The notes: a model not told the origin generated them from the sequence alone. 64,000 nucleotides of DNA from Paraspadella gotoi (GCA_051294375.1 CM119263.1:23246525-23310524), one strand, 5' to 3'. Counted from the first letter of the stretch, positions 24,596 to 37,249 are shown. A program made the numbers and translations.

Positions 24596-25800
24596 GTGAA
24601 GCAGTTCCGGACAAAGGGGGAAGGGAGAGAGGTCGACGTGGACCGAGAAGGAGACGACGATAACGACGACAATAACGACGACCATAGCGACGACGACGAT
24701 CGCCGAGGAATCTTCGATCCCGACAACGCAAAATGGCAGCGTCAGCTACAGCTGCTTCCGACAGACTCGCCATCCCCGGCGGCAGCGGCGGCGGTAGCGT
24801 CGGTGGCGTCCACAGAATGGAATGTCTTGAGAGCGTCGACGGTAGGTCACGGGGAGTGGAAGGTAGAGTGCTTCATTTAAATCCAATTATTTGAGAACTG
24901 TTGGCGTTAGAATTGCATAGCATAGCGAGAGGGATATGAAAAAACATAGTAGTAAACCTCTGTAATGTTGGATTGTTAAAAAATATATTCGGGTCAATAT
25001 ACGTAATTATAAAATACGCAGAAGGAGATGAATCCTCGGCCGAGTCGGTCATCGAACCCGAGACGCCCGTCAGCGGGAACGCCCTCGTCAATCGGTCTTC
25101 CTTGGAGACGCCCGTCGAAAATCCTCAATCGGTCAAGGATCCTCGAAGGAAGACGCCGCCGACGATTGTCGTCAGCGGAGAATTAAAAGATCACGTGATG
25201 AAAGATACTAAACTCACAAATGGCGGCGTAAAGGACGCTGATGGGAGCAGGAGCGGCAGAGGCGGCAGCAGCGGCGGACGCGGCGGAAAAGTCGCCAACT
25301 CCTGGCACGAACGCAACGTCAGAAGATACGCCCACGACCCTGCCGTCATATTTTTATTAATATTCGCATGTTTAAGTGAGTATGAATATTTGAATGAACG
25401 AAGAATAGGGAAAGCCCTTCCATTGGTTATAGTCGAATCAAAAGTCACAGTTCAATTTATAAAAAGAGCGAAAGATAAACAATGGTAACCCCGCGTCGCC
25501 CGCGGAATCTTTGACGAGCAAAAACAAGGACGAGCCGGCGCCTCTAGCGGCGAACAAACAAAAAACGAGACAAAAGACTCGCATCTATGAAAGTTTAATC
25601 AAAGAGCCAGGGCTGGAGGGTCGTATTAATGCCAATAAGAAAAAGAAAGCGAACGAGAAAGATGCAGGTCACGCAGGGAGACGCCGAGGGGCGCAGGGAG
25701 GGGGATTAGGGGACGCCAATAACGGAAACGATGCCGGCGCTGATGCCGCTAAGATGCCATCATCGGAAAGAAAGATGAGACGAAACTGTTTCGGCTCCTT
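24596..25800 (+). CDS. Possible exons of an unknown disordered protein
   Basis: Three adjacent GC-rich stop-free segments (EGREVDVDREGDDD..., EGDESSAESVIEPETPVSG..., SLTSKNKDEPAP...) with a plausible phase-1 junction into the acceptor at 25022. No family motif recognised. Confidence 0.35.
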
Positions 25801-26012
25801 TGGGCAAAAATACAAGAGAATACGGCGGGCTCCTTTTATTTTTGAGAAGCTATGTTGCTTGAGGAAATATCACTTTCGCATGAAAAATAAAACTTGCGAT
25901 TTAAAAATTATAGTGCTGCACAATGTCAATAAATTTAGAATTCTCTCTTAAAAAACCTTTTTAACCTTTATCGTCGGATGTAAAAATCTATAGTTCATTT
26001 TTCCTTTTTTTT

Positions 26013-26899
26013 ATGGAAGTGAAAATGGATGTTAATGTTAAAGGAGGCCAAGTCAATCGCCACTTGTAAGTATGACGATAATATTACCATAAAATATGTA
26101 TGAAAATATTCAGTCGCTAAAATACATCCATGCTACACCAGGAGATACGCTGCCTCCTTGCCCCGGCGTTACCTGCGGAAATGCAACCCTAATCATCGTG
26201 AGTATTGAACAATCTGTTATCGACGAGCGTCTTTTCAAATTTAATGTTTTCGTAACGATTAACGGCATCGTTATCCGCCACGCCCACCATACAGAGAATA
26301 GTCGGTCATCATCCGCGACGGAAGACGAATCGGCTTCCAGTGTGCGAAGCGAATCCTCGGATTCTGGTCGGGCACTTGTTTGAGCTTGGAAAGTTTTTTG
26401 GTCTCGGTTGAATATAAATTTCAATTTATGATTAGCCGAAAACTTCCGCTCAAAGTACAAGACGAGGAAAAACAAAGCCAAGGCCTCTTCCCGCTCCGTC
26501 GGCCGCAGCTCTAAATCGAAATCGAACAACAGCAGTTCAAAGTCTGGCGTCAGGGGTCGCTCCTCGTCCGGCGTCGCCAAAGGTCGCCCCAAGTCAAGCG
26601 GCGCCAGAGGCCGTCCGAAGTCGAGCGCATCCAAAGTCGCGGCGAAGAAGAGCGCCTCCAAAGGTCGTCCGAAGTCGAGCGGCGCCGCGAAAAAGCGCGT
26701 CGTCGGGAAGAAGAGCGCGCGTTCCGTTTCGGCGAAGAGAGGCCGCCCGAAATCTGTCGTCGTGAAGAAACCCCGCAAGTCGGCGGCCAAGCTCAAGGAG
26801 ATGGCCAAGGATCGGGCCAAGGATCGGGCCAAGGCGCGGGCCAAGGAGCAAAGGAAAAAGGCTCGGGCCAAGGCGGCGGCGGACAAGAAACGTCGTTGA
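26013..26899 (+). CDS. Small highly basic K/R/S/A-rich protein with four GRPKS AT-hook-like motifs (chromatin / sperm nuclear basic protein-like), ~214 aa
   Basis: Phase-consistent GT-AG model: 26013-26065, 26142-26197, 26295-26366, 26436-26899. The last exon encodes ENFRSKYKTRKNKAKASSRS...KGRPKSSGARGRPKSS...KGRPKSS...KRGRPKSVVVKKPRKS...KDRAKDRAKARAK...KKRR*. It is absent from the ORF track because that exon has no upstream start codon. Confidence 0.75.
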
Positions 26900-27210
26900 A
26901 GGGAGAATGCCGTCGCGTAGTTCGGAAGGAGGGGAATGCGCAAAGACGAATAGAGGGGATCTTTTTAAATATTACGATTGAGGGATGTAAATGAAATGTT
27001 TTTAAAGGCAGTTTATAAATTTGAGAAATAAAAATCCACACGAGTTATAAACTAGATTTTAAAATTATTGTAATATAATATATATTTTAGTAGTCGTAGG
27101 CTAAATAAAAAAAATTTTTAAATTTAAATTTTAAAAGTGACTGCTGCTCTAGGGGTAAAATACGACTCAAGTTAAGATAAGACACGATTGATCCATTATT
27201 TATTTATAAT

Positions 27211-27395
27211 GTGGCGGTATATTCACACCGCCTCACCTCCATCATCGTTCAGCCAATCACATTGGCTTAGCGGATGAACACACCATCCTAGGCGTTGTGT
27301 TCCATCCACAGTTCGAACGACTTCCCTCTGCGTTGGCAAAGCGAGACCGTCGTAGGGTAACAGCTCCAGTGACTAGAGCCATCCCTGGCTGTTGC
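27211..27395. mobile_element. Interspersed repeat family 2 (copy 2)
   Basis: Same orientation as, and colinear with, 10430-10682. Starts with hairpin GGCGG-TATATTCACA-CCGCC. Confidence 0.8.
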
Positions 27396-27819
27396 CAATT
27401 CCGAATCTTTTGAAACATTTGAAAATTTTAAACCGAACAAGTTCGCCGACTCCATTTTCAATCCAAAGGGCCTTTTTTCTTCGACGGCCAATAGAAAGAC
27501 GAAGAGAGCTCGTCCCTGAAAAGAATGAGGCCCATAATTGGAATCGAGTCAATAAGGGGCGATTCGTCACCATAAAATTTATGTGGAGGCGTTGACGGAA
27601 TTCGCGATAAGGGCGAAGGCCAGAAAAAGAAGGATCGAGAAGAAAGTGAAAGAAAATATTTCAAAGGGAATTTGTAACAAAGTCAAAGAAGGAGAATTAC
27701 ATTTTCCTCATTTGGTTATCGGCATTTTAGGCTCACAGAGAGCAAAAAGTAATGAAACAAACGCGCATCCACTTTCGCTCCCCATTCCTTTACCACCACC
27801 ATCCCTCCTCTTTTTCCAG

Positions 27820-28350
27820 CCCACCTCTGCCTCTGCTTCGCCCACGCAGCGGCCGCCTTCGCCCCCAACGCCCTCTTCAACGCGACGTTGGAGGAGGCGT
27901 GGTCGCATCACGACGTCGTCGTCGTTCCCGCCCGTTGGACCTTCATCCTCTGGGTCGTGGTTCTCGTCTGGAATGCGGCGTGGCTCGTCCACGGCGTCGT
28001 TTCCACCTGGCGGAAAGGTACATAGATTGAAAAAAGGAAATATTCATATTTAAAAAAAAACAAAAAAACAAAAGAACATTTCCTCAAACTTCAAAGGTGA
28101 GCTCACCTACTCCTCTCGCCCCATCTTCCGAATCCCGAATTTCCCTTTTTTGATTCCTCGTCGAGGCTCCGGAGGGACAACGACGGGGACGAAAAAACCG
28201 GAACCAAAAAAGAGACGTCATTAGGCGACAAGATTGCAAAGAGAGTCCAGAGAGTGTGTCTCCATTAGAAACACAAGGGGACATAAAAAAAAGTCAAACA
28301 CGCCCGGACTCATTTTCTCTCTCTTTCGGAGAGAGAGAGAGAGAGAGAGA

Positions 28351-28402
<52 letters not shown>

Positions 28403-28537
28403 GAGAAGAGAGAGAGAGAATGGAGGATAAAAGGGGCGGAGACGGGAGGGAAAGAAAGGAGCCGAGTTTCATTATGACGTTTTATGCGCGTCTCTTTCGG
28501 GTTCCATTCCGCGACCTTTGATCCCATTTCTGGGGAT

Positions 28538-28623
<86 letters not shown>

Positions 28624-29822
28624 GGGGACTCCCCCCTCCTCGCTTTACCCTCCTTCACCCATCCCACCCCGTTCCGGCGTCGCCATTAAAATGATTGTTT
28701 CTTCATAATGGCTTCGGATTTGTTTCTTGTTTACAGGTGACCCTGGCGCCTTCGTTTATTTGAGTCCATCCCTGATTTCTCCCGGGACTTACTTCTTCTT
28801 CGGCTCCGCGTGCTTCCTCCTCATCTCTCGCCTCCTCTTCTTCGACCGCGGCGTCTTGTGGGGCGCCGCCGGGTGCCTGGCGGCGTCTTTCGGCGCCGCG
28901 GCGGCGGCACTGCAGCGGGCCGCCGCCAACGCTGAGACGAAGAGGGAGCGGCTCGGGTAAGTCGGGAAGGAGGGAAAGCTTTGTCACTTGGGTGATGTTT
29001 TGGGAAAGTTAAGGGCAGGAGATAAATTTATTGTGAGGTTTGGTAAAGAATAATTTAGGTCTTATATTGTTTGCTCAGAATGAAAAGATCAAAAGTTTAT
29101 AGTTTAATAGTACATCATTAGCCAATTTAAAATAAGTCGAACCTTAAAAAACCTGAAAGCATCAAAACATCAAAACATTCATATTGACAGTCAACTGGGA
29201 TTGCATCTGGACGTAACGTTCATCCACGTTTTTCTCATCAACGGCCTTGGCATGATGTCTGCCTGGACACTGAACACTATGGTGATCTTCGTGGCGGTCT
29301 TGGCCCATCACGTTTACGGGGTGGAGGAGGAGCTCATCTCTACCCTCGTTCTCTCCGTTATCATTGTTTTAATAGGTATTTATCGAGAATATGACTTTTT
29401 AGATAGAATATTTAATATTACGATTATAATAAAATAGTGCAATCGCTTTTCTCCCTGTTCAGTTCTATGGACCGTGTTTGACTTTCTATTGTTCTATCGA
29501 CATTTACGTTACCTCTTCGCGCCCTACGTCGTGTTCCTGGTCATTTCGCTCGCAGTGCTCGCGAAACTCAAGGATGACTCGCTATTTCCTAACGAGCTGC
29601 TGATTAAGGTAAGTTATTGTGACCGTTCTACGTATAAATACACGATATTACACGTTAATTGAAATTTATACATAATACATTATTTTTGCAATTCAGCTGT
29701 GCATCGGGCTGACGTCGGTGAGCGGGCTTTGTCTCTTGATCAAAATACTCAATGCAGGATACCGAGAGTACAGAGCGAGGACAGATCGAATGACAAGAAT
29801 ACGTCGCCTTGTTAGATATTGA
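27820..29822 (+). CDS. Uncharacterised multi-pass membrane protein (TspO/MBR-like metazoan family with TPAxWxFxxW-type motif), 5' end not resolved
   Basis: Exons 27820-28017, 28737-28956, 29191-29375, 29463-29608 and 29697-29822 join in frame with GT-AG sites: LFNATLEEAWSHHDVVVVPARWTFILWVVVLVWNAAWL, YLSPSLISP..LLFFDR, FLINGLGMMSAWT, FDFLLFYRHLRYLFAPYVVF. About 7-8 hydrophobic segments. Family assignment is from motif recall. Confidence 0.8.
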
Positions 29823-30593
29823 CGAAGGCTTTGAAACTAAAGCCGGATCTTAATTCATGTATTAGATGAGATTAGTTTTAAATAAAGCAACATTATGTGA
29901 TAATTCTAATAAACGTGCCAATTAATTTTTAATGCTTCTTGAGACAAAGTAAGTAGATAAGTTTAAAAGGAAAGGTATATGGGTAAGTTGTTAATTATTT
30001 TATCGGTTGATCTGTCCGTCTGAGTTTCGAATCCGAAAGTATGAAACCAAATCTTGGGAACAAGAAGTGGTGAGAATTGATCCCTGGGTTTCTAGTTTTT
30101 TGTGTTTTTTTTTTACCAAATTTGTGACTATCATCGGTTTTTTCCGTTTTCTCTCGTTTCGCTATTTCACGAGAAAAAAAATAAGGCCATTCGCTTCCAT
30201 CGCTGGTGCAAATCGGTTTCGACGCGGCCCAAAGTCAAAAATGGAGGGGGGGGAGAAAAATCCGACGACCCCATTCAAGAGGCAATATCCTTTTCCCCCC
30301 TCCGCTTCTCCACGACCTCTCCTTCGAGCCTCCAGAGAGAAAAGAGAGAGAGAGAGAAAGAAGCTAGTTTTCATAAAACCAATCAGACGCCTTGATTACC
30401 CTTCCTTCCGGTTCATCAACGCCGCCCGCGAGCGCCAGGCTCCAAGCTCTCGCTCTCTCACTCAAGTTCTCTCGCTCTCTCTTTCTCGCTCTCTCTTTCT
30501 TTCCGCCGAAATCGTTTCAAATTACATTTTCCTTTTTTTTCCAATTTCCAAAAAAAGGAGTAAGGGCTCACTTGGGAAGGCTATGTACAACGA

Positions 30594-32482
30594 ATGAGTA
30601 AAATTATGGATAAAATTAGGGTTAAAAATTTGGTTACATAGTTAACTAATTACTACCGATAGTTATTGGGGCTTTATTCGTATAAAGAGGAAAAAAAGAT
30701 AAAATGAAATAAACCACATATCTTTACTTTAAGTAAGCACTAAGCATGTAGACTGTAGAGCAAAGCCAAACTTCATTTTTTTAAAAATTCTCTTCAAAGA
30801 AATAAATTTCAGAAACTTCTCTTATCGTCTTACCGAGTGGAGAACCAATGATGTTCTTGACGCGAGGCTGGGAAAGCGTCCAATCGTTGTTGGCGGACAA
30901 GAAGCAAAACTTCGATAGTTGGAACGTCAACGGCAACGCCAACAATAACGCCAACTCTTCCTCTCAAAAGCAAGGCTTCTGCATTCCCGCCAAATGCGCT
31001 TGCATGAATCTCAATTGCATGGTGGCTCGTTGCTTCATGAGCACGAGAAAACCCGAGAAAGCCGATCTTCTGAAAAGATCTTGGTAAAACCTGCTTTCAA
31101 GGACAAGCTGGACAAGTTTCTCCGTGGCGCATCTTTTATTTTAGGTACGGGACGCTTTACTTAAATAAGCAGCAGAGGGGAGAGTTGGACAGACAATACG
31201 GAGAGTCCAAGATCGTTCCCACGATTTTCGATCTTATGGCGGAGGGAAAATCCGTGAGCCACGCCCAATCCGGCGACAAGCGGAGCCACAGTCAGTCTAA
31301 GTCGCCGTCGCCGTCGCCGTCGCACTCGGCGTCGCCTTCGCAGACGCAGAGAACATCCATCACGCGTGACAGTAATAACAGCAACAACCGCAACTCAAAC
31401 AACAATAACGACAACGAGATCGAGATCCAATTTAATGACAACGAAGTTGATCAAAAGAACGTCAACGATAACACCTCGAAATTCTGCGAATGCTTCGTCG
31501 ACCACGATCAAGTAATTAATGAGAAATAAGTATTACATTTTTTTCAGAGGACTAAGTTTTGCATATGAAGTTAAATAATTTTTTAACAAAGTGGTAGTAC
31601 ATTTTAAAAAATCAATTTCCTTTTGACGATTTGAATTGGTTAAGACTGTTAACATGTTACAGTTCTTGAACGACATTGGTATTGAATTAAATCTTTTTCC
31701 TTATAATCAGGACACCTGGGAAGGACCCACCCATTCCAAAAATCGCTTAAAGTGTAGATGTAAAAAAACGACTCTCCCCAGGGACTGGCAATCAAGATTC
31801 AAAAGCGTGGCTACGGGTATGACATATGTCTTTGATCTCAAATGCACCCAATAGATATATCAAACGTATACTGTAACTCATTAGGTTATGTAGAAACCCC
31901 TCACGGTTACCTGGGAAGAATCGATATTCTGGGGACGGAGAGCATGTTGCCAGAACCGAAAATGCAGTACATTAAGCAAGCCGTCGTACCTCAATCTATC
32001 ATGAGAAAGTCGGAGCAGTAAGTATCATGTACTCAGCTTCGGGTTGGAATCAAGATAATACATACTTTTTATGTCTTCACCCGTTTCCTTTTTTTAATGC
32101 CTCCTCCACGTCTCGCTTCAGGGCGGCTGAAGGTTTGTGATGATTTGAAATATAAAAAATGTTAATTTTCAAAAGTTAACCAGAATTTTTCTATTTTTAT
32201 CGCGACATCGGTAAATAACTTTACTCTATTTTTTCTCGCGCAGTTCCAGCTGAAAACGAACAGATTATACGAGTGAAGATTCCCGAAATATACGACGCGG
32301 GGGGCGAGCCGAAGCACGGTCATCACAAGAGCCGAGCTCCCAATTATCAGACAGACAAGTCAGATATACTTGCTTTTTTTACCATGACTTATAAAAAAAA
32401 TTGTTTTACTTTTTTTTTTAATTTTAAAAGACAACGACCAAAACGTCACCATCATCGTCATCATACTGCCAAGGAGGAGTAA
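30594..32482 (+). CDS. Orphan protein, ~352 aa, 8 coding exons including an 11-nt microexon
   Basis: Phase-consistent exons 30594-30597 (uncertain), 30813-31083, 31145-31511, 31711-31816, 31885-32017, 32122-32132, 32244-32358 and 32431-32482. Contains Cys clusters (CIPAKCACMNLNC, CEC, CRC), an SP/N-rich linker and a His/Arg-rich tail. Confidence 0.7.
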
Positions 32483-33181
32483 CATCATATAAAACAAAGC
32501 TAATAATCATTATTATAATTATTGTACTGTTGAAAATAACTAGTAAATCAAATTTAGCATAAATTTGTTTTGGTCACTGGTCTTATGGGGGAAAAGGGGA
32601 AGTATATGATATTTCTATTATTTACGAAAAAAATAGTCGTCATTAATTGAGATAAAACATCAATAAAGGCATTTTTAATGTCGCTGGGTGAAAAGAACAA
32701 CGGCAATGCCTTCGCCACCTTCCGTTGTCCTTAAAACGTAAACAAGAGCATCGTTTGAAGAATTTTCTTAGTCCTGCCATGCTAGATTAAATTTTAAATC
32801 CTAACTTAAGTGGCGCTCGATTAAATTTATTGTCACCAACCATTTTCCTAATCGATTGTTTTAAACTGTTTTGTACGATGTACACTTTATATATACGTTT
32901 TGCAGAAAGGAAAAAAAAAGTAAGTAATCGCAAAAAAAAACAAACAATAAAACTAAAAGAAATCACTGTACTCTAAAACAATAAATCCCATGATTGAAAT
33001 TGTTGCTCAGTTGTGAAGTGAAAAGCGTTAAGGAAAGTCACCAAAGCCAGAAGCCAGATGTTATATATACGTTATACTTATACGTATATATCTTCGGATA
33101 AAAATATGTGTTGAAAGAAGAAAAGGACGTCAACGATAACGACGTAGAATACAACTATGTTAACCACTTGATTGCTGATAT

Positions 33182-33182
<1 letters not shown>

Positions 33183-33228
<46 letters not shown>

Positions 33229-33276
33229 GTGATGATGACGATGATGACGATGATGACGATGATGATGATGATGATG
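33183..33276. repeat. (GAT)n trinucleotide repeat
   Basis: About 31 GAT/GAC/GGT triplets; reads poly-Asp on plus and poly-His/poly-Ile on minus. Confidence 0.9.
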
Positions 33277-33590
33277 AATATAAAATTTACCACTACGATA
33301 GCTATAATATAAATGTTCCCAAGGTGGCGTGGGGTAAATTCTGCATTTCGTAATGCAGAAAACAGCGCACCGTTTCCCCTCACTCGTGAAATTAGGGTAA
33401 AGGCCGATGTTTCGAGAATATTCGAAGCCAGTTGAGCCGGGGAAAAAAGAAAAAGAGAGAGAGAGAGAAAATGAAAGAGCCGGGTGGTAAAGTTGAGCTA
33501 TGGTAGCGTGATGAAAATGTAGAGAACTTGCACGGTTAGCCAAAGGTTGGCGGTTGTCCGGGGGATTCGATTAAAAATCATCGCAGGTGA

Positions 33591-33622
<32 letters not shown>

Positions 33623-33631
33623 AGAGAGAGA

Positions 33632-33683
<52 letters not shown>

Positions 33684-33688
33684 AGAGA

Positions 33689-33729
<41 letters not shown>

Positions 33730-34067
33730 CGTTTGAACAGTCACTCCGCGTTTATTTTATAATCGAATTTCACCTTTTTTAAATTGAACAAGATTTTAAA
33801 TTAGTTTGCTGACAAGGAAAAAGGAAGACAGCGTTGTATGTTATTAGTACGTAGATTTCACAAACATACGAAACGCGGGTTTTTTTAGGGATCATTTTAT
33901 AATGATTACAAATAACGATGTTGTTATAAAGGTTACTGATAAGTTGAGAAGGTAAAGTAGGTTTTGAGAGAGTGAGGGCAATGAGGGTGAGGTAGATGAA
34001 GCGTTTGTTGATGATTATTGTACCGAATCAACCTCGTTGTATTCGAATAAAATTGCATCATTACGAG

Positions 34068-34485
34068 CTAAAAATAAGTGGTGGACGGTGGATGGAGAAG
34101 AAACAGCGCCTGTTGTTGGAGAGGGAGGGAGGAGTGGGAAAATGGTTATAAGTTAAACGTATTCGGAGCTCGGGGGGCAGGGAGACACGTTGGACTAGGT
34201 TCGAGGATTATGGGTATATCGAAAAGACGGTGGGGCGCGGTCTAGAGACTCGATCGAGCAACCACTACCTACCCTCCACCCGACCTACCCCCACTCAACG
34301 AGGTCGTCGAAAGTCGAACGATCGAGGATCGAGTCGGCGAAACGCTGGAGGTGCGTCGGTCGCTTCGGATCGGAGGATGAGGAGGAGGCTCACGCGCAAT
34401 GAGGGGGAACCTTCGGGTATAAAAAGCTTCTCTCGTTTGAGTCCTCATCCAGTAACCGGCAGACAAACCGTCGTGAGCAACACAC
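34068..34485 (+). promoter_or_regulatory. Probable promoter and non-coding first exon of the myosin RLC gene
   Basis: TATAAAAA at 34418-34425, Inr-like TCATCCAGT ~30 nt downstream, donor CAC|GTGAGT at 34486, and MEF2-type CTAAAAATAA at 34068-34077. Confidence 0.55.
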
Positions 34486-35006
34486 GTGAGTATCGATACT
34501 CTTTTTTTTCCTCGTCGCTATTTTTTGGTTTTCAATTCGATCCCTTTATTAAAAAGAATTTTAAAAAGAATTTCGACGACGAAAATACTGCACTTTTAAT
34601 ACATTTTAATTTCATTATCGATGACCAAGCCGTTTTTGTAAGATTGGCAATCAATTTTATCAACTGAATATTTCATAACCCAAATTTTTAAAACGCATAC
34701 AAAAAAAAAATCACGTGCTAAATTCTCCAAGGGGAATCTTCAACAAAGTCAGTGAGCCTTTGCCCATCCTTTCACCATCGGCAAAGCAAAAACATTTCTC
34801 TCTTTTCTCTTTTCAATTTGAAATCAAATCTTTTTATTCTTGTCGATTCCAAGTTTTTAATTTATTCGATCCTTCAATAGACAAACCATACGTTCCTTTC
34901 TCTCCCACATTTTTTTTATTCAATTGAAAAAAAAAGTTTATCATCGAATATAATTTAACTTTTTTTTTACCTCCTCATAAATTTATTGAATGCTGAAAAT
35001 TAGATA

Positions 35007-35522
35007 ATGTCCAAAGGCGCAATCTCTGTAAGTAACTGATTAAAACACTAGTACTTTGAATAGTTCTGATTTATAAATGCACTTTGTAGGTAATACTTGG
35101 TTTTTTATGCTCTTTTTTTTTACATAAATGCTTTCCTTTTTTAAGTTTTTTTTAAAGATATTTCATTTAAAATAGATTGAATCAAATAGTTTCATGCTTT
35201 TTTTTGCCAGATTTGTTCAAAATCTTGGGCATTTTTCTTTCTTTATTTCAACAACACTCTAACCGTCATTCTGGCTTCTCTTCATTTTGATTCAGCGATC
35301 AACAAGTTTTTATTTCTCTTTACCCTGCTTCGCCTTGATCCCCCTTACGTTATTTTTCCCTTTTAAGTCCCCTTCGCCTTCACTCCTTCAATTTGCTCCC
35401 TCTTGGCCGACCGTCGAACCGTCCCACTGACTCAATAACCCCGACGGACCCAAATACCTAACTAACCAAACCCCCCCCCTGCCATATCAACCACCATCCG
35501 CGTCGATCGATCGAACGGTTCA

Positions 35523-35610
<88 letters not shown>

Positions 35611-37249
35611 TTTCGATCCATCGGCTCGATCCATCCTCCCTCTCTCCTTGGTCCACTCGAAATCCCCCTAAGCATTTGGACGAGCCACTCGGCATATTTC
35701 GCCACCCCAAGACCATCCTTGCCTTCCGCATAGCTGAACCCCCTCGTCGGCATTCGCTTCAGCCTGGAGATTTCAGCACGATCGATTCCTCCAATGCAGA
35801 CTTCGAGTTTTTCCCCTTTTTTTTTCTTCATGCGATATTAACGCTGAAAGTTTTATTCATGACGCAACAATAACTCTTCAATTTATTCTAGAGGCATTTT
35901 TTTCGCTACAGTAAAAAAAAAATATTAACTTATAAAAGAAATGAAATAAAATAAACACTTCATTCGTGAAAAACCAATAAACGTGACGTTTCGAAAATTA
36001 TTTTCTCCATTTTTTTTTTCGTTTGGCAGAAGAAGTCAAAAAAGTGTTACCAACGCAGCAACTCCTCAACCTTCAAGATGTTCGATGAGGCCCAAATCAA
36101 AGAGTTCAAGGAGGTCAGTTTCATTTCTTCTTCCCATTCCTTTAATCCCTCGACAACAACAACGATAACAACGACAAAAAATGACTTTAGTCACCAGTAA
36201 CGCTTCAATGTTGCATGGCGTAACTGTAGATCACGATATGCTCAATACGATAGTAAAGTTGAACGAGAACACGCGCAAGTGTTGGCCGTTTCACTGCTCT
36301 TGAACTTAGTTTTACTAGAGACCAAAATTTCGCAGAGTGAATTTTTTTTTAAAAATGGAACTCTTTTATCATTTGGTAAAGTAGTTCATACCAAAAAAAA
36401 ATTATTATTTTTTTTCATTCCGCTCTATTCCTGTCGCTGCTGCTCTGCCCTCTGCCGTCATTGACCTTAAACTCCTTTAGATCTTCGGTTTCCTCGACCA
36501 AGATGGAAACGGTGTTATCGAGGTCGATGACCTTGTCGCTTTGCATGGATTGATGGGTGAGGCAGCCTTACCTCAATTTCCTCCCGCTGTCAAGACTCGG
36601 ATATATGACAGCGTCTTTTTCGTTTTTGTATTTTCTATAGTTGTTAAAAATGTGTTTAAATAACAGAGTTAAACGAAAGTAACAGAACTAACTTTGTTTC
36701 GCTTTTCATTGCAATTATTCGAGACGCGAGATAAGTAAATTAAATCTTAAATACAACCGAAAGGCGTCTTGAACTTTGTAATTAAAAAGAAACAAAAAGT
36801 CAAGCATGATTTCCTAAGCGAAAACAATTTTTTAATCATCCCGAGAAATTAGAGTGCATGGTTTTTTTCTGCAATCCAGCCGTCCCTTTCTCCTCCCGCG
36901 ACCAGCGTCATTGTCAATTCATTAGGTTTAAATTAGTTGTAAATTATAACGTTATTAAAATTGAGAACAGTAAAGCGAAAAAGCAAAGCCATTGACAGAT
37001 CTTCGGCATGATGGATCAAAACGCCGACGGGTTGGTGGACGTCGCCGATCTCGTCGCCCTCCACGGAATCATGGGTAGGAAGCGCCGACAGCGCGCATGC
37101 GCGGTTCAACGCGCGCGGACGAAGCGCGTCAAGTTGAAAGCTAAAGTTCTAGACTGCATGCCATGTTATTTTTTTAGAAACGGTAGAACGTCATCCAGCA
37201 CTTGTAGTTCAGACCGTTACCGTCCGTTATAGAATTTTGTAATTTTACG

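Noticed and set aside
26110-26943. 277-aa minus-strand ORF
   Set aside because: Antisense shadow of the K/R/S/A-rich plus-strand exon; splice signals support the plus strand.
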